A stretch of 64,000 nt of DNA from a virus (IMGVR_UViG_3300037962_000518:7960-71959); one strand, 5' to 3'; positions 8,530 to 18,233 are shown, counted from the stretch's first letter. Made by a program: numbers and translations. Notes: a model not told the origin generated them from the letters alone.

Positions 8530-8937
8530 TTACTCTCCTAAAATCTCTCTAATCTTATTGAACAAATCCTTCCTGAAATTCAAGTTTCTTCGGTCAACAG
8601 TGTTATATGTTATACAATATCCATGTCTCGCATTCTTCTTCTCAGCGACTTTTACTCCATTAATTGAATCCAAATACACCCAAGGAACATTACAACTTAA
8701 CTCAATGCTAATACCAATCTTCTCAAGTCTCCTCACTACCCGTGTTAAAGCACACTCATTGTAATAAGAAATAATGTTCCCCTCACGATTGGTTAGTTGG
8801 TACTTGTATTCATATCCTCTGATATTTTTACGATACTTCCCGCACAGACTTTGAATATGATATTGTCCTACATAACCACAAGGTATTATACTATTATCTT
8901 TCGTGGTGTAAGCTATTAGTTTAAACTTCATACCCAT
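8530..8937 (-). CDS. Hypothetical protein (135 aa)
   Basis: ORF. Confidence 0.5.
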   Translation of the reverse strand: MGMKFKLIAYTTKDNSIIPCGYVGQYHIQSLCGKYRKNIRGYEYKYQLTNREGNIISYYNECALTRVVRRLEKIGISIELSCNVPWVYLDSINGVKVAEKKNARHGYCITYNTVDRRNLNFRKDLFNKIREILGE

Positions 8938-9241
8938 CTACCTCATCATACTCTAGCAAACGCACACCTTCTTGGCTAGTGAAATCTTTTATCAGATAAT
9001 TATTAGATGCACCAGCCACACCATAACTACTCTTATGACATTTATACACACTTCCACTTGATCCATGAAAATAGAAGTATTCTTCATCTTGGGTAATTTC
9101 CACCACCCCAGAATTTACCCTCCAACTATCTCCAGAAAGATACCCACCTCCCCAAGTACCAAACACTCTTAGGTAAGGTGTGCTTTCATCATCAGGGAAT
9201 ACTTCCAGTACTAACCATTTATCTGGATTATACTCACTCAT
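8921..9241 (-). CDS. Hypothetical protein (106 aa)
   Basis: ORF. Confidence 0.5.
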   Translation of the reverse strand: MSEYNPDKWLVLEVFPDDESTPYLRVFGTWGGGYLSGDSWRVNSGVVEITQDEEYFYFHGSSGSVYKCHKSSYGVAGASNNYLIKDFTSQEGVRLLEYDEVDGYEV

Positions 9242-9522
9242 TCAAACTCCTCCACATAACCAAATACTGTTTCTGTACCAGATTCAACTTCTGTTAAACC
9301 TAAATCCTTCTGCACAAAGATGTTAAACCCTTTCTCAGATAATTCTTCTTGCAGAATATTAAACTTTGTTGCAGAAGCTTTCAGTACAATAATTTTATTA
9401 TCTTGATAAGGGTAATCTACTTCATAGTAGTCACACATTTGAATCAAAACATGTCCTACTTGCGCAGCTAGTTTTTCTGGTGACATTTTTAAGTTCTTAT
9501 TGTAATAACATTTTATTTTCAT
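9238..9522 (-). CDS. Hypothetical protein (94 aa)
   Basis: ORF. Confidence 0.5.
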   Translation of the reverse strand: MKIKCYYNKNLKMSPEKLAAQVGHVLIQMCDYYEVDYPYQDNKIIVLKASATKFNILQEELSEKGFNIFVQKDLGLTEVESGTETVFGYVEEFE

Positions 9523-9524
9523 AA

Positions 9525-9764
9525 TTATTTTCCTTTTAATTTATCAAAAGTTTCTTTGTCAACACGACGATAACCTCTTTCATACAAACTTACAATGGTG
9601 TGTTGTGTCTCCCATTTATCCCAATTACAGGACATGTTCATTTCCACAACCTTTTTAGTATATTCCACACCACAAAGTCCATAGTACAATGGTTTAGATT
9701 TAACCATGTGATAAATTTCAATATTAGGTTCAGTTTTGAATAAGTTTTTAATCTTCTCTAACAT
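9525..9764 (-). CDS. Hypothetical protein (79 aa)
   Basis: ORF. Confidence 0.45.
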   Translation of the reverse strand: MLEKIKNLFKTEPNIEIYHMVKSKPLYYGLCGVEYTKKVVEMNMSCNWDKWETQHTIVSLYERGYRRVDKETFDKLKGK

Positions 9765-10017
9765 GGTTACTCTCCTTTAATATTTTCTGTAATTGTATCG
9801 CTTCTTTTCCGCGAACACAACTCCAATCCCAAAATTGTACATATGCAACACTATTATCGCCATGTCCACAGCAAGCATTACATACTACAGAAGGGTCTAA
9901 TTCTCCAAGGCATCCATCATAAACTTCGTTACCTTTTACAATAGGGCCTTTCTTGCAATAGGCGCATTTTGAGAATTGTCCACTTCCTGCCATAGATGGT
10001 GTGTAAAGAGGTTTCAT
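9748..10017 (-). CDS. Hypothetical Cys-rich protein (89 aa)
   Basis: ORF with 9 Cys including CxxC pairs. Confidence 0.45.
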   Translation of the reverse strand: MKPLYTPSMAGSGQFSKCAYCKKGPIVKGNEVYDGCLGELDPSVVCNACCGHGDNSVAYVQFWDWSCVRGKEAIQLQKILKESNHVRED

Positions 10018-10418
10018 ATCTTATCACCTATATATTCTTTACAGCGCTTTTCTTTAGCACTCATTACACTAAGAGATATTAATACTAAGAATAAGTACAT
10101 TGCTGCGAATACGGGATGTCCCAACATCACAAACATGGTGATATTGATAACACTCATAGTTCTTCCAAAACATTTCACAAACATACTGATGTCATTTACC
10201 TTCCCATAGAGTTTTTCAAGTTGTTCTTCATTCAGGTGCCCTTGATCATACCCATGATTCTGTAACATAAAGAAAATATTACCTATTGCAGCAATAATCA
10301 TAATCATAGACATTACTGTCAAGATAAAAACCTCCAATTGGGGTAATGTGTAAACGTAGGATAAAACTAATCCGCCTGTTATAAAGGCACTTGCCAATAA
10401 ATTTATTAAATTCTTCAT
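10014..10418 (-). CDS. Membrane protein, paralogue B of a duplicated family
   Basis: TM topology and motifs shared with 8112..8525. Confidence 0.55.
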   Translation of the reverse strand: MKNLINLLASAFITGGLVLSYVYTLPQLEVFILTVMSMIMIIAAIGNIFFMLQNHGYDQGHLNEEQLEKLYGKVNDISMFVKCFGRTMSVINITMFVMLGHPVFAAMYLFLVLISLSVMSAKEKRCKEYIGDKI

Positions 10419-10690
10419 AAATCTTCTCCTCCAAATTCTTCACAGATATCAGGTATCTTTACCCAATCACCATTTTCTTTAAAACTACTTATCACATTAT
10501 GGCTATACCCGTCACAAACTCTATAATCAGGGTATCTTTTCAGAAATTCCACTCCTAAGCAACTCCCTACCCAACAGTTTGTATCAGGGTCATAGAAACG
10601 TACATAACAATCTGACAACTCTTCATACCCTTCTTTCCAATACACATCATGCGCAAAGAAATCAGCTTCTTCTTCAAGTGCTAAAGACAT
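10415..10690 (-). CDS. Hypothetical acidic protein (91 aa)
   Basis: ORF. Confidence 0.45.
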   Translation of the reverse strand: MSLALEEEADFFAHDVYWKEGYEELSDCYVRFYDPDTNCWVGSCLGVEFLKRYPDYRVCDGYSHNVISSFKENGDWVKIPDICEEFGGEDL

Positions 10691-10824
10691 AACATCTCCT
10701 TAAGACTTATAATTTTTCACAGCATACCACCCACGTAAGAAAGATGCAATCCTTTTATCAGAATATCCTTCTTTGCGGAGTTGTTCTGTTATTTGTTGGT
10801 CAGTAGAATTTTTATTGAATTTAC

Positions 10825-11520
10825 TCATGTATATACCCCATCTGTTTTTAAGATTGCCCATCTGGTTCGTAACAATCCTCTTAACTTTTCAGGAGTACAA
10901 GGAGATTCTGCGTATTTTAGAGCTATCGCATGTTTATGTTGTCTCCAAAAATCATGAGCTTCTATTTCAGTAGGGAACACCTTACAGTATTCAGTCCTGT
11001 TACCTCTAGGATTTAAGTTAAAAGGATCACTACATCTCCCTATGAAAGGTGCATTATTTCCTTTGGCTATATCTTTTATATGACGACTTGCGCCTACAAG
11101 ATATTTACTTCCCTTATCATCTCCTAAAATGAATGCATTTAATTGAGGGATAACAAACACACAAGTTTCAGGGGAATATATCTTATTCCTCTTGAATAAT
11201 AAATCTTTATCCAAAACTTTCTTCTTGGTAGTAAGTTTTGACTCCACTCCGTAGTTTTCTACCATAAACTTTTTAAAGTTACTGTATAATAACCAATCTT
11301 CGCAACAAGTCACATCCTTGTAAGTAGGGAATTTCTTTTTAAATATAGGAGAATAACTTCTCCGCAACATATCATGCCAAGTCCTATAATAAGGACATTC
11401 CCACACAATCTTCTCTTTCTTCTTACCTTCTGCATCTCGGTATATGATTCTTTTCTTTGTTAAGTCAGGTGAATCATTTATACCTACCCCGAATACAGGT
11501 TTTTTAAGTTTCTCATACAC
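10825..11520 (-). CDS. Homing-endonuclease-like protein with C-terminal AP2-type DNA-binding domain
   Basis: N-terminal GVGINDSP...YYRTWHDMLRRSY...CEDW module shared with 34075..34668 and HNH protein 38678..39646. C-terminal YCKVFPTEIEAHDFW resembles AP2 domains. Confidence 0.5.
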   Translation of the reverse strand: MYEKLKKPVFGVGINDSPDLTKKRIIYRDAEGKKKEKIVWECPYYRTWHDMLRRSYSPIFKKKFPTYKDVTCCEDWLLYSNFKKFMVENYGVESKLTTKKKVLDKDLLFKRNKIYSPETCVFVIPQLNAFILGDDKGSKYLVGASRHIKDIAKGNNAPFIGRCSDPFNLNPRGNRTEYCKVFPTEIEAHDFWRQHKHAIALKYAESPCTPEKLRGLLRTRWAILKTDGVYT

Positions 11521-11639
11521 AATGACTCTCCTTAATTCCTAGATAAACATCATAACCTTTAGTAAGGTCATCTACCTCTTTTAAGAAACCAAGGACATCT
11601 TCTGGAAGTTTTAAGTTGTTCAAAATATCTTTACTCATG

Positions 11640-12080
11640 TTATTTCTCCTCTTTAATAATCTTATAACCTAGCTCGTCAGCTAGTCGTTGCAAATCGTCA
11701 AGTTTACCTTGCTCATAAGACTTCTTACTAATCTCGCATAAGCGTAAAACCTCCTTGGTAATTTTATCTTTTTCTCCATCTAACCACATATTCACTAAGT
11801 CTCGTGGGATTTCCAATCTAGAGTTTGTATGAAAACCTTCATAATAATCATAATAGTTAAGAATTACAACAAAACACTTCTCTGTAAAATACATACCTTC
11901 AACCTTCTCATTACTGGGAAAATCAAAAGGGTTATACACACTTAAATCTTCTCCATCCACACATTCGTATGTAACTTCACTCATAAATCTGCACATACTG
12001 TACACATCATTTTTAATACTCGCTAACGAACGTTCATGGTGTTCAATATATTCTTGCAATTGGTTGAAATTTTCTATCAT
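11640..12080 (-). CDS. Hypothetical protein (146 aa)
   Basis: ORF. Confidence 0.5.
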   Translation of the reverse strand: MIENFNQLQEYIEHHERSLASIKNDVYSMCRFMSEVTYECVDGEDLSVYNPFDFPSNEKVEGMYFTEKCFVVILNYYDYYEGFHTNSRLEIPRDLVNMWLDGEKDKITKEVLRLCEISKKSYEQGKLDDLQRLADELGYKIIKEEK

Positions 12081-12487
12081 TATTCCTCCTCTTTATAAAA
12101 TTCATTTACTAATCTTGCTTGATGTGGATTAAGGTATACTGGTTCTCCACAAGACACAAAAGCATATAAGTCGTTCATATCTGATTTTAAACCATAATCT
12201 AATCTCTCCAGCCAATCTTGCGTTTCTTTATTAATATGCCCTTGTTCCCATAAAACCCTTCTCAGTGGTGTCCAACCGTCTATATCATATCGCATTTTCC
12301 ACATATGTATGTAGCATGGCTTCTTATACCACCACTTAGCAAACTTACCCCAATTATCTACTTCTGTAATAGCTTTCTTCTTAGCATCCTCCAATAGCTT
12401 CTTATAATGTTCGTTAATCTTACTGTAATTATTGTAAGCATTGTTAATCCTTTTATTATCAACCAATACAGCGCCACTAAATTTCAT
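12080..12487 (-). CDS. Hypothetical protein (~135 aa)
   Basis: ORF 12080..12514. The internal ATG at 12487 has a GAGGAG RBS and lies downstream of the minus-strand promoter, so it is the more likely start. Confidence 0.5.
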   Translation of the reverse strand: MKFSGAVLVDNKRINNAYNNYSKINEHYKKLLEDAKKKAITEVDNWGKFAKWWYKKPCYIHMWKMRYDIDGWTPLRRVLWEQGHINKETQDWLERLDYGLKSDMNDLYAFVSCGEPVYLNPHQARLVNEFYKEEE

Positions 12488-12517
12488 ATTGTTCTCCTCA
12501 ATAACCAATTTCACTCA

Positions 12518-12547
12518 CATCTTACACAAACATTTTATCGATTGCAA
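12518..12547 (-). promoter_or_regulatory. Leftward promoter TTGCAA-N17-TAAGAT
   Basis: On the minus strand, TTGCAA (12547..12542) is followed by 17 nt and then TAAGAT (12523..12518), immediately upstream of the RBS/ATG at 12487. Confidence 0.5.
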
Positions 12548-12571
12548 CTACTTTTATAAATAAATTTATAT

Positions 12572-12601
12572 TTGACAAAGGTAGTGATTGTTTGGTACAT
12601 T
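12572..12601 (+). promoter_or_regulatory. Rightward promoter (TTGACA at 12572, weak -10 TACATT)
   Basis: ATATTTGACAA context shared with the other strong promoters in the window. Divergent with the leftward promoter. Confidence 0.4.
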
Positions 12602-12634
12602 AATCTAAAGAGTAACTACAGGAGAATTTAAAAC

Positions 12635-12907
12635 GTGAAAGATTACAATAAAGAAATAGTCTCTGTTATTGTAGAAGGAGATATTGCAAAGTATGTGAAT
12701 TTTCGACAGGAGGTTCTTTTAGAAGTACCTTTACAATTTGCACAAGAGTTACAAACATATTATCAAAGGAATTATGTCATTAGGGATGAAGTTGTAATGG
12801 AGAACCTTTCTAAAGTAGCGGACACCACTTGCAGGAAAGAAAGACACTGGATGATTGGGGAAGCTGTGAGAATTTTAAGTAGAACATATGAGGACAAACA
12901 TGAGTGA
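12635..12907 (+). CDS. Hypothetical protein (90 aa), GTG start
   Basis: GTG preceded by AGGAGA RBS. Forms a 2-gene rightward island inside the leftward block. Confidence 0.5.
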   Translation: MKDYNKEIVSVIVEGDIAKYVNFRQEVLLEVPLQFAQELQTYYQRNYVIRDEVVMENLSKVADTTCRKERHWMIGEAVRILSRTYEDKHE

Positions 12908-13178
12908 AATAAAAGGTTTGGACAACGAGGATTTAATTTATCAACTGGAAGATGAATTTCAGAAGTATTTAGGAAGTAAAGAGAAGAAACTTAAAACAGA
13001 GATTATTAAAAGTGCTAGTGTGAAATCATCTTACCCTTGGGATGAGTTAAATGACCATGATTATGAGGATTTTATGAAGTATGTTAGTGATGAATGGGAG
13101 TGTGAACATTATAAGGAGAGATATATTAGAAGCTATAACCAAGTGTTATGGGATTGTTGGAACACATTTTCTAAATGA
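12888..13178 (+). CDS. Hypothetical protein (96 aa)
   Basis: ORF overlapping the upstream gene by 20 nt. Confidence 0.5.
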   Translation: MRTNMSEIKGLDNEDLIYQLEDEFQKYLGSKEKKLKTEIIKSASVKSSYPWDELNDHDYEDFMKYVSDEWECEHYKERYIRSYNQVLWDCWNTFSK

Positions 13179-13409
13179 ATGTGAACCTTATTGATTACAA
13201 TTAGAAAAGTAATCGGATATACTTACATTGGAGCAGCTATTGCTGCCCCTCTTCTCCCCAAAGAACATTCTCTTTATGGACACAATATTCCTTTCCAGAA
13301 TAATCCCTTACAACAATTAATTCATTTCCAATAAACAACACTTTGAAAAGAGTGTTTCCTCTACAGCGAAGTTTTACTACAGATTTATACATTGTTTCTC
13401 CAAAATAAA

Positions 13410-13440
13410 GCCCCTGTAATCAACACAGAGGCATTTTATT
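13410..13440. terminator. Bidirectional intrinsic terminator
   Basis: GCCCCTGT...ACAGAGGC hairpin flanked by T-runs on both strands, between convergent genes. Confidence 0.5.
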
Positions 13441-13473
13441 ATATAAAGTAGTACGGTTGGGTAGGGTATGTGT

Positions 13474-13710
13474 TTAAAACGTCTTAGAAACGCTTACAGA
13501 AGCTTTTAACGTTTCATAATCCTCTACAATCTTATTCAAAGAGTTATTCTCCTTCTCCAATTCAAGAATATATTCTTCACGAGGGTCTTTTAGCAGGAGT
13601 AAATCTTCTAACACTTTAAGAGGGAGTAGCCCATGCGAAAGAATCATTGATTCTAAAGTGCCTCTTTCTGCAAAACGTTTCAATTCTTCATAACTAAATG
13701 TTTGTGTCAC
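13474..13710 (-). CDS. Hypothetical protein (78 aa)
   Basis: ORF. Confidence 0.45.
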   Translation of the reverse strand: MTQTFSYEELKRFAERGTLESMILSHGLLPLKVLEDLLLLKDPREEYILELEKENNSLNKIVEDYETLKASVSVSKTF

Positions 13711-13916
13711 TAGTGTCCTCCTTTAGATTTATCAAACTCTTTACAAGAAACTTCTATATGAGTGTAACATGGATTTTCTAATACATTACCGTTCCAATAA
13801 GTGAACTTTGTTTGATGATCAAGTGTAAACTTTTCCTTAGACTCTTTCTGAATATAGTATTCAATGGCTTTCTTAATATCCATTTCTGATAACAGAAGTG
13901 TATGGTTAATCTTCAT
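13710..13916 (-). CDS. Hypothetical protein (68 aa)
   Basis: ORF. Confidence 0.4.
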   Translation of the reverse strand: MKINHTLLLSEMDIKKAIEYYIQKESKEKFTLDHQTKFTYWNGNVLENPCYTHIEVSCKEFDKSKGGH

Positions 13917-14015
13917 TCATCCTCCTAATTATAAATACAAACTTCTAATGTAATACCGTCTTTTCGCTGAGAGTTGCAACCTTTACTTTCATCACCTAAG
14001 TTAATATGGTTATAC

Positions 14016-14867
14016 TCAGACATTGCTGATCTTCCAAGCCATAATCTCTTGTGTAAAACCATTATCCCTGTTATAGCTACAACCAGTAGATGTCTCCTTG
14101 AGAACTTTATAATCCCTACCATCTAACCAATCTATAAGTGTGTTATTTGAAACTCCCTTACTATATGTCTGGTTAAAGTAAATGTAGTCTACTCCTGATC
14201 TTTCTAACTCGGAGAACAGTGCTTCATCATCCTTTTCACTCCAACCCGTAGACTCATTGTAGGTTGCGCAGGTGTTGCTGTAAGGAGGATCTAGCAATAC
14301 TAAATCAAAGTCAGAGAAATTGTAAGAGTCCCAAGATTCCACCTCAAACTTAATATTCTTACTTTCTAGTAAACCTTGATAATTGTTAAGTTTGGTTTGC
14401 ATGTTATTTGTGAAGCTACTTCTGTCCTTACCAAAAGGCATGTTAAAACTTCCCTTACTATTAAACCTTAATTGATTATTAAAGCTATTTGTCATAAGAA
14501 GGTACAACTTTTCTACCGAGGGGTTTTTATTATACTCTTCTCTGAGTTTTAAATATGCGTCTTTATTGGTTTTACTCATACCTCTTAGATTAAACTCGTT
14601 CAGTATAGATTCAGTATCGAAAGTCTTATCTTTACAAGCATTGTGTAAATCCACTATTTGACTCATTGTGTCAGACGCAGTTATAATCCAAGTATCAGGG
14701 AGTTTAGATATTAAGTCACCACCTCCCACAAATGGGTCTAATACTTTCAAATTACCTTTATCAACAGGTAAAACTTCAAACAAATCCTTCAAGTACCTAT
14801 GCTTACTACCAGTCCAATTAAAAGGGTTGGCATAAGTTTTCTTTAAATATTCTTTATTAGTAATCAA
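14016..14867 (-). CDS. Dam-like N6-adenine DNA methyltransferase
   Basis: NPFNWTGSK (Dam-type N-terminal motif), VLDPFVGGGDL (FxGxG AdoMet site) and LLDPPY (motif IV). Confidence 0.75.
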   Translation of the reverse strand: MITNKEYLKKTYANPFNWTGSKHRYLKDLFEVLPVDKGNLKVLDPFVGGGDLISKLPDTWIITASDTMSQIVDLHNACKDKTFDTESILNEFNLRGMSKTNKDAYLKLREEYNKNPSVEKLYLLMTNSFNNQLRFNSKGSFNMPFGKDRSSFTNNMQTKLNNYQGLLESKNIKFEVESWDSYNFSDFDLVLLDPPYSNTCATYNESTGWSEKDDEALFSELERSGVDYIYFNQTYSKGVSNNTLIDWLDGRDYKVLKETSTGCSYNRDNGFTQEIMAWKISNV

Positions 14868-15385
14868 TTCCCACCTCCAATAACATCTTCACATCGAGCA
14901 GATTTCTTAACCATACTTTTAATATCATCCCCTTTTAAAGTGAACATTAATGTCGGGTGTGTCATCATAGCACTGTAGTTGATATTTACAATTGTCTGGA
15001 AATCGATTCCCCAGTGGTTTAAATACTTAGACACCTTGGCGTGATGTTCCCTTAGTTGTCCAACAGATAACTCTACTACAGTTTTATCTATGAGATGATG
15101 TGGTGTGTGATAACCAACTTCACTGTCTTGATAATAACATGTCTTATCTGCAGCACTCGCTGCATAAGCTGCTGCAGAACGAGCTTTTATGATAATACTG
15201 TTAACACCCTTTTCATATATGCAGTTACCAAGTTCTAAGAACTCATCTACAATACCTCCGTTACTGTCGAAGATTACAAAATCTCCTTTAGACATTTCTC
15301 CACACACCTTATTAGCAATACCCTCTTCTGTAATATTTCCTATTGTAAATGTGCTAACCAATAATATAGTTTCTAACATAATCAT
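14864..15385 (-). CDS. ClpP-like serine peptidase family protein (173 aa)
   Basis: SNGG and RSAAAYAASAAD (ClpP SPGG and G-AAS-like) plus GYHTPHH. Short for a ClpP, so it may be an inactive or partner subunit. Confidence 0.45.
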   Translation of the reverse strand: MIMLETILLVSTFTIGNITEEGIANKVCGEMSKGDFVIFDSNGGIVDEFLELGNCIYEKGVNSIIIKARSAAAYAASAADKTCYYQDSEVGYHTPHHLIDKTVVELSVGQLREHHAKVSKYLNHWGIDFQTIVNINYSAMMTHPTLMFTLKGDDIKSMVKKSARCEDVIGGGN

Positions 15386-15618
15386 TTCTCCTCTTTGGTA
15401 AAGAAGTCTATCCCCTTACAGGTAATCCAATGAGAAAGGTTCACTACTACCATATAGACAACCATCATCCCAATGGTGAACTCTGTGAAGTTACCTTCCC
15501 CAATCTCTTGTATAGAGGGTAGGATATCCAAACTGTTACCAATAATATAATATAAAACATAGTAGAATACAGCTATTTTCTCCATAGCTAATTCTAAAGC
15601 CTTGTCACGCTTCCTCAA
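15382..15618 (-). CDS. Small membrane protein (78 aa)
   Basis: Two hydrophobic segments. Confidence 0.4.
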   Translation of the reverse strand: MRKRDKALELAMEKIAVFYYVLYYIIGNSLDILPSIQEIGEGNFTEFTIGMMVVYMVVVNLSHWITCKGIDFFTKEEK

Positions 15619-15685
15619 TTGGTTCTCCTCTTACAATAAAAGCCTCATCTGCATAGTAGCAAATAAGGCTTAACTTTGTCAACAA

Positions 15686-16759
15686 TTATTCTGATAAGAA
15701 TTCAATAATCTCTAATTCGAAATAGGACACAATTTTATCTGATAGTTTTTCAACACCAATATTGTGTACGTAAGGGATTTCCCAATCATCGGCTAATGCT
15801 TTTAACAAAATGATGCTCATGTCAGATAAATCGCGTTTATTAATAGTGTAATAGTCCTCATCAGTGTTACCAATAAAAATATCATAAATATTATCATTTT
15901 CATCGATAGTGAAATCTACGTGCCATTTAGTACCTTTTATATCCGATAAGATGAGGTTTTCGCTACCAGAATCTTCGGGCATACAACAGGTATTATCTTC
16001 ACAAGGATTGTTCATTGTTTCGAAAAGTGAATCACCTTCTTTCTCATCTAATGAGATTGTAGCTGCTTGAACCTTTCTTGCAATATCGGCTTCTGCTTGA
16101 GTGATTTCTCCTGTCGCAAGTAAACGTTTGATAAGGACTTCCTCATATTTTTCTGATTGTTCATTTTGCAATGTGAACATTTCTTCCATTGCTGATGAGT
16201 GTTGACTTTCTCGATACTTTGCATAACTGGAAAGGCGTTCTTTAAGTTGTTCAGCATTAAACCAATATTCTTTACCATCCTCGCACATCTTCTTCAGCTC
16301 TTCTTCTGTTAGAAAGCCTGTGTAAGTATCGGTGTTAAGTTTATTAGTCCACTCATCCATAAAGCCTACATGGTCTCGTAGTTTTTCAGCACTGTTATAA
16401 GCTGAGTATGTCGTTGTATGTACCATAAAGATAACATCATCGCCAATAACCCAATTATCACAAGCAAGGGCAATTTTAGTACCAGCACTAGCAACTAGAC
16501 CACAAAGTTCACCTGTAATAGTGGCAGCACATTCTTTCATAGCAGCGACAAAAACGGACGCTGTATGACATTGACCACCTTCGGTATTATGGATGATAGT
16601 TACATTATCTTCTTGTGAAGCTGTCTTCAATACTAAGATAGCGTTACGATAATAACTTGAGTCGCTGATAACCTCATCTAAAAAGATAACGTGATTCTGC
16701 GCTTTAGGGTAACTTGCCACCTTCAATGTTTCTACAAAGTGTGTATCTCTCTCGTACAT
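15686..16759 (-). CDS. ClpP-like protease domain fused to a long acidic/coiled-coil C-terminal region
   Basis: N-terminal NTEGGQ...GLVASAGTKIALACD...FMVHTTTY matches ClpP/S14 Ser and His motifs. The C-terminal ~200 aa is acidic, with the same architecture as the structural protease/scaffold at 60117. Confidence 0.5.
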   Translation of the reverse strand: MYERDTHFVETLKVASYPKAQNHVIFLDEVISDSSYYRNAILVLKTASQEDNVTIIHNTEGGQCHTASVFVAAMKECAATITGELCGLVASAGTKIALACDNWVIGDDVIFMVHTTTYSAYNSAEKLRDHVGFMDEWTNKLNTDTYTGFLTEEELKKMCEDGKEYWFNAEQLKERLSSYAKYRESQHSSAMEEMFTLQNEQSEKYEEVLIKRLLATGEITQAEADIARKVQAATISLDEKEGDSLFETMNNPCEDNTCCMPEDSGSENLILSDIKGTKWHVDFTIDENDNIYDIFIGNTDEDYYTINKRDLSDMSIILLKALADDWEIPYVHNIGVEKLSDKIVSYFELEIIEFLSE

Positions 16760-16771
16760 ATTATCTCTCCT

Positions 16772-17617
16772 TTACCATTGACCATCTTGTTCAAAAATCG
16801 CTGTTAAGTGTTTAGTTACACCTTCTCGACAATTATCTGCAGGTGTAAATTTAACAACTTCTATAAGATCATGCGGGTGCTTGTCTAGTACTTCCTCTAA
16901 ATAATTTAGACCATTTTTAGACTTCAACGCACTTTGTATTTTGTCTCCCATTGCCAAAAGGGTACAGTTACTTTCAAGTCTAGTACACAAAGCTTTTACT
17001 TGTGATATCGTACAATTTTGTAATTCATCCGCGATGACTATAGTACGTTCATCGAAAGATAATCCTTGAATTTTCTCAATAGGTACAATCTGTATTCCGT
17101 TAGCTTCTGAAAATAAGGTATCAAATCCGTCAAGTTTAAAATCAGATCGTAAAATACCGACACCTAAGTACTTTTTAAACTTCATCAACATACTCATGCA
17201 AAATGGTAGTAGCTTTTCCGCATCATTACCTTTAACAGCACCATAGTCTTCGCCAAGATGTTTGTGAGGACGGGTGATAATAATATTATCAATTTTACCT
17301 TCCAGATATAGTTTTGATGCCCACCAGCAAGCTAACTCAGTTTTACCAACACCACTTGAACCACTAAGAAGGGTAAACTGTTTTTCAGTAAACGCTTTTA
17401 GCGCCTTGCGTTGATTATCAGATTTCGCTGTTAGAGGTATTACACTATCTCTACGAGATTCTTTATGTTTTTCACTTTTAATATTATCTCTCCCCAAATG
17501 ACGTTTTTTAGCTTCTTTACAATTCTGTACTGTTTTACGATTCCTTTTCTTGCACTCTGGGATTTCTTCAACAGGAACACCGATTTCTTTTAGTAATTGT
17601 GCGTCACATTTACCCAT
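16772..17617 (-). CDS. phoH: PhoH-like ATPase
   Basis: LLSGSSGVGKTELA Walker A, IVIADELQN Walker B, and overall PhoH-like layout. Confidence 0.7.
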   Translation of the reverse strand: MGKCDAQLLKEIGVPVEEIPECKKRNRKTVQNCKEAKKRHLGRDNIKSEKHKESRRDSVIPLTAKSDNQRKALKAFTEKQFTLLSGSSGVGKTELACWWASKLYLEGKIDNIIITRPHKHLGEDYGAVKGNDAEKLLPFCMSMLMKFKKYLGVGILRSDFKLDGFDTLFSEANGIQIVPIEKIQGLSFDERTIVIADELQNCTISQVKALCTRLESNCTLLAMGDKIQSALKSKNGLNYLEEVLDKHPHDLIEVVKFTPADNCREGVTKHLTAIFEQDGQW

Positions 17618-17630
17618 CTAAACACTCTCC

Positions 17631-18233
17631 TTAAAAAGGATTATAATCCACTCTATTAGCTACCCAACCAAATACAAACTTCTCTTGACTAGGATTACTT
17701 TCCGCAATCTCCAAATAGTTCACACATTGTAAAGCATTTAGACAATTGTAAATAATATTCTCTACAGTTGAATTCCCCCTCTTATCACATAAAACTTTGT
17801 AAGCATTAATAGTTTTACTACCTAATAATCCATCAACCACTAAATCAGGATAATACTTTTCTTGCCGATTGAAAACATTTAGCCAACGTTGAATATATTT
17901 TACAGGTTCAGAAGTTCCCATATTTACACCAGTGTCAAATAACTCTTTTACAACATAATCACTAACACCTTCCCACAGGTTAAACTTAGGGCGGTAGTAA
18001 TATTCATGTGCATAGATATCTTGTGCAAACCCGTAAGGGAGTGTACGCATATCACCATCCCAACTATAGTCCTCCCAATAATCAGAGAATGTTTCTGCTA
18101 CACGTTTAGTAATACCATATCTAGTCTCACCACCTCTATCATCTGGGTCGTTAACATACTCCCCTTCCACATAAATTGTGTGGTCAATAAACTCTTGCAC
18201 GAATGGAGGTGAACAATTGTAACTGTTAATCAT
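17631..18233 (-). CDS. Glycoside hydrolase family 108 lysozyme-like protein with C-terminal peptidoglycan-binding domain
   Basis: EGEYVNDPDDRGGETRYGI is the GH108 N-terminal signature. VVDGLLGSKTINA resembles the PG_binding_3 motif. Confidence 0.65.
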   Translation of the reverse strand: MINSYNCSPPFVQEFIDHTIYVEGEYVNDPDDRGGETRYGITKRVAETFSDYWEDYSWDGDMRTLPYGFAQDIYAHEYYYRPKFNLWEGVSDYVVKELFDTGVNMGTSEPVKYIQRWLNVFNRQEKYYPDLVVDGLLGSKTINAYKVLCDKRGNSTVENIIYNCLNALQCVNYLEIAESNPSQEKFVFGWVANRVDYNPF

